From Octopus sinensis (taxonomy: Eukaryota): 9,434 bases of DNA. Shown here piece after piece: positions 1-8,342 of this stretch. The first letter of the stretch is position 1. The number at the start of each line of letters is the position of its first letter. The DNA lies in NCBI RefSeq assembly GCF_006345805.1, contig NW_021827818.1:1-9434 (forward strand), in the 5' to 3' direction. The position numbers and the translations under genes are program-made. The notes beneath the pieces were generated by a model that worked only from the letters and a program-made list of their open reading frames with translations, was not told the origin of the DNA and made no database searches.

Positions 1-58
1 ACAAAAACCGTTAGATTCACCTCAGCATTTAAATTTAATTTGCCAAAATATTTCGTCG

Positions 59-63
<5 letters not shown>
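1..63. repeat. Unclassified interspersed repeat 'family X', copy 1 (cut by the window start)
   Basis: Matches 1607-1670 with 4 substitutions and 1 indel over 64 columns (ACAAAAACCGTTAGATTCAC...TTTCGTCGCTTTT). Followed immediately by (TA)n. Confidence 0.85.
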
Positions 64-141
<78 letters not shown>

Positions 142-166
142 GTGTGTGTGTTGTGTGTGTGTGTGT
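63..166. repeat. Compound microsatellite (TA)n then (TG)n
   Basis: Directly visible: TA run 63-128 with one interruption, then an imperfect TG run 128-166. Confidence 0.97.
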
Positions 167-333
167 TTATCAGTTGACAACCGATGCTGATCCCCCTAAA
201 TTAGCGGTTCGGCAAAGAGACCGGTAGAATAAGTACTAGGCTTACAAAGAATAAGTCCTGGGGTAGGTTTGCCCGATCAAAAGTAGTGCACCAGCATGGC
301 CGCAGTCAATTGACTGAAACAAATAAATGAATA
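167..333 (+). mobile_element. SINE-like family A, 3' portion
   Basis: TTGACAACCGATGCTG...TTAGCGGTTCGGCAAAGAGACCGGTAGAATAAGTACTAGG...CCAGCATGGCCGCAGTCAATTGACTGAAACAAATAAATGAATA is the reverse complement of the related segments at 6831-7024 and 7201-7360. It has an A-rich 3' tail. The SINE assignment comes from recalled octopus repeats; no tRNA head is present in this copy. Confidence 0.8.
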
Positions 334-863
334 CTCTTCTATCTATCAATATATTCGGCTCATCGACTACTTCACCACTCGCCTTTTCCAAGTCCTGTTT
401 GTTAAACGGCTTCAGTACTATGAAGACAATAATATTCGGCCCCATTTCATTGGCTGACCTATATGTCTATATAGATTTTGCATAGACTAATTTACAAGAC
501 AGCAACAATACTGATAGGCTGATAAATCACAATGATGGATGAAACAATTAGTTCAACGAAAATGGGTTTTAGAAGTGAAACCATCAAAGGGAAGTAATTT
601 AAACGTGTCAGTGAAAAGTATTTATGTTCAAAATTGAAATTGGTTATGGAAGTTGTCCAAAAACCGATATAACTTCACTATAAACATATATAAAAGAATT
701 CGTATAAGGTAAATGAATTCTAGTGTTACTAAGGTGATTCAAATAATTTAGGGATAATATATGTCGCCGTAGGATAGGAACAAGATTTGGAGGCTACTGG
801 GTGAATTTGAACCAAATGACAGAAAATGTTTCTAAAGATTTTGTCCGGTATGCTAAAGATTCT

Positions 864-1047
864 TATTTCTTTATTGCCTACAAGGGGCTAAACATAGAGG
901 GAACAAACAAGGACAGACAAAGGGATTAAGTCGATTACATCGACTCCAGTGAAAAACTGGTAATTAATGTATCGACCCCGAAAGGATGAAAGGTAAAGTC
1001 GACCTCGGCGGAATTTCAACTCAGAACGTAGCGGCAGACGAAATACC
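864..1047 (-). mobile_element. tRNA-derived SINE family B, downstream dimer unit (lacks the A-box part of the head)
   Basis: 184-bp ungapped match to 1048-1231 with 23 mismatches by hand count (about 87.5% identity). Retains a mutated B-box (GAGTTGAAATTCC on -, 1010-1022). Confidence 0.9.
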
Positions 1048-1277
1048 TATTTCTTTACAACCCACAAGAGTCTAAACAGAGAGAGGACAAACAAGGACAG
1101 ACAAACGGATTAAGTCGATTACATCGACCCCAGTGTGTTACTGATACTTAATTTATCGACCCCGAAAGGATGAAAGGTAAAGTGGACCTCGGCGGAAATT
1201 GAACTCAGAACGTAACGGCGGACGAAATACCGCTAAGCATTTCACCTTGCGTGTTAACGATTCTGCCAGCTCATTGC
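1048..1277 (-). mobile_element. tRNA-derived SINE family B, near full-length unit
   Basis: The minus strand reads GCAATGAGCTGGCAGAATCG (A-box-like)...GAGTTCAATTTCC (B-box-like), then a body containing CCTTTCATCCTTTCGGGGTCGATAAATTAAGTA and a tail ending AAAGAAATA. A homologous head is present at 4714-4817. Confidence 0.88.
1194..1268 (-). promoter_or_regulatory. RNA polymerase III type-2 internal promoter (A box 1258-1268, B box 1194-1206) of the SINE head
   Basis: TGGCAGAATCG resembles the A-box consensus TRGCNNARYNG. GAGTTCAATTTCC resembles the B-box GGTTCRANNCC. Order and spacing are tRNA-like. Activity is unknown. Confidence 0.65.
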
Positions 1278-1423
1278 TTTTGTTAATTAAATAAAAAAAA
1301 GACATTTGAGCATCGTCCTTCTATGCAACATGTAAACTGGATGAACCGTTTTTCTAAATGTATTTGCTACATTCTCCGTGCATGTTTACATGTAGTGAGA
1401 GATAAATGGTATGAGAGTGTTTC

Positions 1424-1524
1424 ATCTATCTATATATATATATAGATTCTAAATACATATATTTATATGAATGTATGTATGTACATACACACACACACAC
1501 GCACGCACACACACATATATATAT
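1424..1524. repeat. Degenerate compound microsatellite (TA)/(TATG)/(CA)/(TA)
   Basis: Directly visible. Confidence 0.9.
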
Positions 1525-1670
1525 TACGGAGATGTACTTGAATAGCAAGTGACCTGATCTGAGAACGTGTGCAGCGTGGAATGTTGTTTATAAGCCATTT
1601 TAAAACACAAAAACCGTTAGATTCACTTCGGCATTTAAATTTGAGTTGCCAAAATAATTTCGTCGCTTTT
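1525..1670. repeat. Unclassified interspersed repeat 'family X', copy 2
   Basis: 1607-1670 matches 1-63. The block starts right after (CA)n(TA)n with TTACGGAGATGTACTTG...GTGACCTGATCTGAGA. The left boundary is inferred from the end of the microsatellite and from recall of a similar octopus repeat. Confidence 0.75.
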
Positions 1671-2327
1671 ATTTTGGATACTAAATATTTAAACATGTGT
1701 GTGTGTGTTTGTAAATGCTTCTTAGAAAAATAACTTAAGCTGGCTGAATATATAATCTCTAAATCGTGTTATTAAAAGAAAGAAACATTGACTCCTTCCC
1801 TACAGAGAAATAAAAATCAATATTACAGATCTCAAACACGTTGCTATTGCAGATGCATGTCAATCCGAAACCTGTTGAACACCTGTATCATGATATTTCA
1901 ATCATGAAACTCGCTGCATAAAGTTAGCATGCAGGGAAAGATTTCAAGTAAGTTGCTTGTCTATCTAATTGATTAATTATACTTAGCTTCTATTTTGATA
2001 AATCCCGTTTCAATTATGAAGGACAACATGGTGGACTAATTCGTGCTTTAGTGATTTTATAAGTGGATGAATCACAAATAAATGATGTAGAGAATCACGT
2101 CTTAACGTAACAATTAATAATGGATGTGCAGCTACGTTTTATGAATTCTGTCGTTTCAATTATACAGGCTGGACATTCAATCAATACTTACCTTTGTTGG
2201 TTTCACTCGCTGACATAAATGTTCATATCTTTATGAACTTGTTTCAAACATTCTTTGACTACATTCAGACTTCTGAGAGTGTGTCTTCCCAAAATTCGTT
2301 CCATATAATTTAGGATGGATTTACCTA

Positions 2328-2373
2328 CATATATGTGTCTATGTGTGTATGTGTGTATGCATATATGTATACA
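2328..2373. repeat. Degenerate (TA/TG) microsatellite
   Basis: ATATATGTGTCTATGTGTGTATGTGTGTATGCATATATGTATACAC. Confidence 0.85.
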
Positions 2374-4643
2374 CCTAAACATTAAAGCTAATACTGTAGG
2401 TCTTTCAAATTGTATATGTTGGCAGAGTAACATTTCCGGTATAGCAACTCTTCTTTCTGTTTTTATTTCAGGCCAATAATGAGAAGCTAATAGTTGCTAC
2501 ACACCGTCACTAACTTCTTGCCGAAGGAGGGTTGTAGCATGTCCAACATCCACAGATGAATATACGCTTTTTTGTAGATACAACCCCTGAGAATAACAAC
2601 GGACAACGCATTTTACAGGAGAGCAAGCCAACATTGAAGACACACCAGGCAATGAAGTGTATTAACTGACATCTGCGAGGAATAGCCAAAGAGAAGACGA
2701 ACTGATTCACGCTGACCGCTAAGGTACAATTAGTCGCATTGTTGTACAACTGAGGAGGATTATAATGTTTTGGTAAAAATGGAGACAACGACTCCATAAA
2801 AGTCTGTGCAAACTTGACATCAGATTTCAAAGAGAGAATGGAAGAACGTCTCTTTTGATATGTAAGAATTGAACATACACAAACGAGTGTTTTAGTATTT
2901 CTTCACTAACCGTCAGTGAAATAACCACATGTTGTTTAAACACAAGTATATTTTTGAAGAAAAACCTTGCAGTCTTGGTCAAAGTGACTTCTTGAATATA
3001 CATTACTATTTAACATAATGTGCCGTCCCTCTCTTTTAAGACGGCATAGTGTAAGTGTGACGTGAAGAAGGTCTGGAGTTTCATTCTTAAAGGCCGACGA
3101 CTAAGTATAGGCAGCCTGTCCTGCTTTCAGTGTCTATGTATCTTTCCCTGTCGCGCTTTCAAAATTTGGTTTTACACATTGGCAACAGAATCGATATTCA
3201 TTTATATACGCTGTGGTCAGAGAGTTTTACAGGGTATTGGGCAACTCTTCCTAGATAATAACACGTAATGTATTAGCATAATATCTATAGCATAAATGTC
3301 CGGAATACTCAGTCAACTCGTCATGAAATCAAATAAATGCAAGAGGTTACCAAAGCTACATCTGTCAAGGGCCAATAACCATACAACGGAAATCAAGAAG
3401 AAAATATAATGGCAAAGAGTGAACACTGAGTAGATGAGAACATCAACGTTTCACATGTAGAAGACACGCCCTGGCATTAAACATAATTCTATTATTGGCA
3501 ATATTCACTATGGTATCAAATATTTTGAACAAACGTATGAAAATATGTGCTTTCTTTTACGTGACAGTGCACAGACATGTAACTGAAATAAGGAACTATT
3601 TTCTACTCGAGAAATAAAAGGTAAACGCAATTGAAACAGCCTTAAACTAAAATCTCCATGAGTGCAACTTACTAAATATATGCACATCTTTCAAAGATAT
3701 AGCGCTGTAGAATTATCTGTGATGATATTTCTTGATAGACTTAATCTCGTGAGGCCCTGTCATGAAGATTTTCGTAAAGCTCCAATATCAGAAAATTAGA
3801 AAGTATTATGCATTTTAACATACATGTAGTATGATCCGTAGATGGCAATTGTAACTGAATGCTGTTTCAATTGCTTAGACTAAATTTTCAGCAACCAAGA
3901 ATTCATTAGCAATGTTTATTCACTGTTTCCTATATATCGCAGCACGAGTATCATTGAAGCCACTTACAAACGATTACACGGTCTCGGCAAGCGTTAAGGA
4001 AGGCAAAGCGAGTCTGTCTCTCCTGTTAGTCAATTGTGAGACGATGAACGTCTCGCTCCGGTATATACTATATTTTTAACACAAGTGTATTCAAAGTTAT
4101 TATCTGAAACAATCCTAGAGCATTATGTCTTTAAATTGTGTGTATGCATTGAGTACGATACACAGTAATATTATTGTCGCCTTCTAACAAACATTCTCAA
4201 TTATTTCACTTTTAATCGTCTGTGATAATAACTACTAAAGATTAGATGACTCAGCTTGTACGTGATCGATAAGCCTCTGTAGAAGAAGCCCAAGCAACCT
4301 TAAAGTTTATGAATAACAGATGGTGACAAATGAGATGTCTTTGATTGTAGATCCGGTTGATGTAAGTTAGAAGGGATTTGAACACTAATGAACTATTTGT
4401 AAATATCTGTATGGAATTCCAGAAACTTAAATCTTAATCTGTGCTCAATCGTCGATAATCTGGATTTCTTGTACTTTACTTCGAAATTTTGTTTGTCTCT
4501 AGAATCTTTTCTATCTCGAATTAGAAAATATTCGATATATAGATTATCCGTTTATTCATTTCCTTCAACCCTTTACTTGTATCAGTCATTGCACTGTGGC
4601 CAGGTTAGTGAACTGCTTTACATGGATTAGTCGGGTGAAGAGA

Positions 4644-4817
4644 AAGTCCATTACACCAGCTCCATGTCCTTGACAGTTTCGTTCTTTTATAAGTCCTGAA
4701 CGAAAAAAAAACCCCAAATTTGACCTTGGGTAAATTTGAACTCAGAACATAAAAGGCCAAATAAAAATCCGTTAAGTGTTTACTCCGACGTAGCAACGGT
4801 TCGGCTAGCTCGCCGCC
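4644..4817 (-). mobile_element. tRNA-derived SINE family B, old diverged copy
   Basis: The minus strand starts GGCGGCGAGCTAGCCGAACCG (A-box-like, 4797-4807). AAATTTGAACTCAGAAC (4732-4748) matches the B-box region of the 1048-1277 copy. AAGTCCATTACACCAGCTCCATGT at 4644 aligns weakly to AAGTCGATTACATCGACCCCAGTG, so the left boundary is less certain than the head. Confidence 0.75.
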
Positions 4818-5223
4818 TTTACAACAATAATATTAATAATAACAAAAAGAACAAAAGAAAGTTATGTAGCATTCATATGCACACACAACTAAACGTTCGC
4901 AAACGATTTTGTCACCTCTTTTGTCAGTAAATGATAGCTCCAATACAGAGAAGCTCCCAAGTTGGCTATGAATGCAACATAAACCACCCATTCACCTCAG
5001 AATTCAGAACTTGTCACCTGAACAAGACATTCCACTCTTGCAATAGACAACGTTTTCATACCTTGACCATGTTCCACTGGGAGGGATTCTTTCTTACTAC
5101 AGCTGCAGACAGTAAAAGAAAAGAAGTTGTCACCTTATAAACAAATACCGCTGACTCGACTGTACACGACAGAAGAAAATTACACAAATACATGCTCGTA
5201 TTGTTATTGCTGTCTTTGTTGTC

Positions 5224-5710
<487 letters not shown>

Positions 5711-5740
5711 GATAACTATGCATATATATTATTGTGGCTA

Positions 5741-6705
5741 ATGTTGTTGCTGATGATGATATTAGTGGTAGTGGTGGTGGTGATAGGGCAGGAATGGGGT
5801 ACTGGTGCTGGTGGTGTCGGTAATGATGCTGAAGATAATCTCATCCCTTTTCATCTTTTCATTTATCATTTTCTAAAAATCTCCAGTTCCTACATTCTTA
5901 TTTCCGTATGTTCTCTCACTTCTCCTTTTCCTCCCCATCCTCCTCCTCCTACTACTACTCTACTACTACTACTACTACTACCATACTACTACTACTACTA
6001 CTACTCATTCTCCTCCTCCCCCTCCTCCTACTTCTACTACTATTACTGCCATCACCACCACCACCACCACCGCCAACACCGACATAACCACAACCATCAT
6101 TAATAACAGCAGAATCTTAGTCGTCATCGACATCATCATCACCACCGTCATCGTCATCATCATCATCATCATCATCATCACACTCACCACCGCCATCATC
6201 ATCATCATCATCATCATCACATTCTGCACCGTCGTCGTCCTGGTGGTCACACTTCTCATCACATCCTCCTTATGATAACCAGAAATACCATTTCCTTTTA
6301 TAATACCCTTACTTCACCTTTCATTCCTTCTCCACTCACCTCGTCGTCATAATCATTGCGATCCAAATTGTCGCTGAAGACGTCACATCCGATATCCACA
6401 TCATCGTCGACATCGTCATCATTTTCATTGTCGCCGTCATTGTTGTCGTTGGAACTTTCATCACTCCCATTAATGCCATCCTCAATCAAAACCAGAAGCG
6501 CTTCCTCCTGCCCACCTGCTCCGCCTGCTCTTCCTACTGCTCCTGCTGCTTCTTCTTCCATCTCCTCTTCCTCCTCCTTCTCCTTTTCCTCCTCCTTCTC
6601 CTCCTCCACTTTATATCGTTCTTCTTTCCTCTCCTTCCTCATCATGATAGTCATCATAATCGCCAGTCGTCAACCCCAAATCGTCATCATGTATCATTGT
6701 CATCT
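5741..6705. repeat. Degenerate trinucleotide low-complexity block (GTG/GAT, then CCT, ACT, CAC, CAT, TCG, CTT)
   Basis: Directly visible. It generates the poly-V/M/H/Y/S/E/D ORFs on both strands. Confidence 0.9.
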
Positions 6706-6830
6706 ATATAGTACACTCCGTCTTGTCTCTGAAGTTGCGGATATCTGAGATACTACAACCAGAGTTTAATAGATAAGATAACGCTGGGTCTTTTTTACAG
6801 TATCTGTCTCCTGTATGATCCGCCATAGCC

Positions 6831-7024
6831 TCTTTACTCTTTGTTCCTTTACTCTTTTACTTGTTTCAGTCATTTGAATGCGGCTATTCTGGAGCACCGC
6901 CTTTAGTCGAACAAATCGACCCTCCAGGACTCATTCTTCGGAAGTCTAGTACTTATTCTATCGATCTCTTTTGCCGAACCGCTATATTACGGGGACGTAA
7001 ACACATCACCATCGGTTGTCAAGC
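6831..7024 (-). mobile_element. SINE-like family A, 3' portion with (AAAGAGTA)-type tail
   Basis: Reverse complement of the 174-333 element (e.g. TTGCCGAACCGCTA, ATCGGTTGTCAA, TAGTACTTATTCTA, TTTCAGTCATTTGA). The tail repeat CTCTTTACTCTT...CTTTACTCTTTTAC lies at 6830-6860. Confidence 0.85.
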
Positions 7025-7053
7025 CTGTTCATATTCCTCAAGTTTTACAGCAT

Positions 7054-7158
7054 AAAGTTTACACACAAACACACACACACACATATACACACACTACTGC
7101 TCTATAATATACTCACACATACATACACATAGACATACAGATACACGTACGCACACAG

Positions 7159-7198
<40 letters not shown>
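7054..7198. repeat. Compound microsatellite (CA)/(CATA) then (TA)n
   Basis: Directly visible; pure TA run at about 7164-7198. Confidence 0.93.
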
Positions 7199-7200
<2 letters not shown>

Positions 7201-7474
7201 ATCTTTTTATCCTATCGTTTACCTCTTTCCGTCATTAGACTGCGGCACCGCTTGCAATTTTTAGTCGAAGGAATCGACCCTCGTGGTACCTATTCTAACG
7301 TCTCTTTTGTCGAACCGCTAGTTCACGGGGTCGTAAACGCACTAACATTGGTTGTCAAATGGTGATGTGAGGACAAGCACAGACACACACATATAGATAT
7401 ATACATATATATATATACGACGGGCTTCTTTGAATTTCCATCTACCAAATTCACGCACAACGCTTTTGTCGGTT
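7201..7474 (-). mobile_element. SINE-like family A, longer 5'-truncated copy including the internal microsatellite
   Basis: Shares TTAGTCGAA..AATCGACCCT, CTCTTTTGTCGAACCGCTA, CGGGG.CGTAAAC and GGTTGTCAA with 6831-7024, with two internal deletions relative to it. It continues through an internal CA/TA tract (about 7379-7417) into CGACGGGCTTCTTTGAATTTCCATCTACCAAAT. Confidence 0.8.
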
Positions 7475-8342
7475 CCATCCTGCCAGATGTCTGCATTTTG
7501 TTGCCATCTTACATGTGTGCATATAAAATGATGCGTCATTGCACATACTGATCCCCAAGTCTTTCACCGCCTGTGACTCTGGGATTGTAGTGTGTTCGGG
7601 TCCTGTAAATGTACTGTATTTGTGTTTGTACTGAGTTTATAATGCAGTGTTTCATATTTTCCAGTATTAAACTGCATGTTGTTTATTTCGGCCCACTTGT
7701 ATATTGAGTTCGGCTCCTGCTGTGAGCTTGTAATATCCTCTTGTTTTTTTACTGCCTCGTGACTGTGGGCATGTCTAAGAGGGCTATTATGAACAGTAAT
7801 GGCCCCAGAGCAGTTCCCTGGGGGACACCACTTACGATTTCAGTTTCCTCAGAAAGGGTGCCATTGGCTGCAACCACCAGACTGTTGTTTTTCAAGAAGT
7901 CATGCAGCCATTCTCCCAGTTTACCAGCATTACCGAGGTCTCGTAGCTTTTGTCTTACTATACCATGATCAACCTTATCAAATACCTTTGCAAAGTCCAG
8001 GTATATCACACTGCTATCTGAATGGTCAAGCAGATGTTTCAAAGCCCAGTCATAGTGCTGAAGGAGCTGTGTCAGACAGCTGATGCCTGGGCGGCAGCCA
8101 TGCTCAGTAATGTTCAGTAGGTTATTTTCTCCTAGGAACATTATCAACTTCTTTCTGATGATTCGTTCCATGACTTTACTGATAAGCGAAGTCAGAGGTA
8201 TTGGCTTGTAGTATTTTGCCTCTGCTCTGCTCCCATCTTTGTGGATAGGGCATATAATACCTTGTTTCAGCGTTTTAGGAAGCATACTACTTGCAAGGAA
8301 ACTCTGGAAAAGTACTTGAAGTGGTTTCGCTAATACCTGCTT
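7475..8342 (-). pseudogene. Non-LTR retrotransposon (CR1/L2/Jockey-type) ORF2 reverse transcriptase fragment, inactivated
   Basis: The open frame from 8342 reads KQVLAKPLQVLF...IICPIHKDG...YYKPIPLTSLISKVMERII...EHGCRPGISCLTQL...YLDFAKVFDKVDH...SGVPQGTALGPLLF, with a stop at 7749-7751. Shifted frames continue VKKQEDI...IYKWAEINNMQFNTGKY and ...AVKDLGISM...HLAGW (ending at 7475). These are recognisable RT motifs, with two frameshifts, no YADD and substitutions at conserved sites. The Met at 8285 is internal, not a true start. Confidence 0.93.

Noticed and set aside
242-445. ORF 242-445, and similarly 1463-1696, 4605-4930, 6861-7055 and 7342-7539
   Set aside because: They run through SINE, family X or microsatellite sequence, and the products are not recognisable.
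864-1231. Tandem 184-bp units as a CRISPR array or satellite
   Set aside because: There are only two units, with no unique spacers and no cas genes; the context is eukaryotic and the units carry SINE features.
1190-1277. tRNA gene (also 4730-4817)
   Set aside because: A/B-box-like motifs are present, but I could not build a cloverleaf, and the sequence continues into a repeated SINE body.
1655-1670. Hammerhead ribozyme at the family X end (minus strand GCGAC-GAAA); also CTGAAGA near 8618-8624 (-) and CTGAGGA near 2750 (+)
   Set aside because: None has both the CUGANGA and GAAA cores joined by a proper stem II.
1805-1953. Plus-strand coding exon ending at CAA|GTAAGT (1948)
   Set aside because: From the nearest acceptor (1853) all three frames contain stops, and isolated GTAAGT hexamers are expected by chance in AT-rich DNA of this length.
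2510-2830. 106-aa minus-strand ORF as a CDS
   Set aside because: No recognisable motif or convincing splice or start context; the length is within the range expected by chance.
2632-3490. Similarity between AAGACACACCAGGCAATGAA (about 2637) and AAGACACGCCCTGGCATTAAA (about 3460)
   Set aside because: Too short, does not extend into the flanks, and is compatible with chance.
7741-8083. Plus-strand ORFs 7741-7968 and 7799-8083
   Set aside because: They are antisense shadows of the RT frame.
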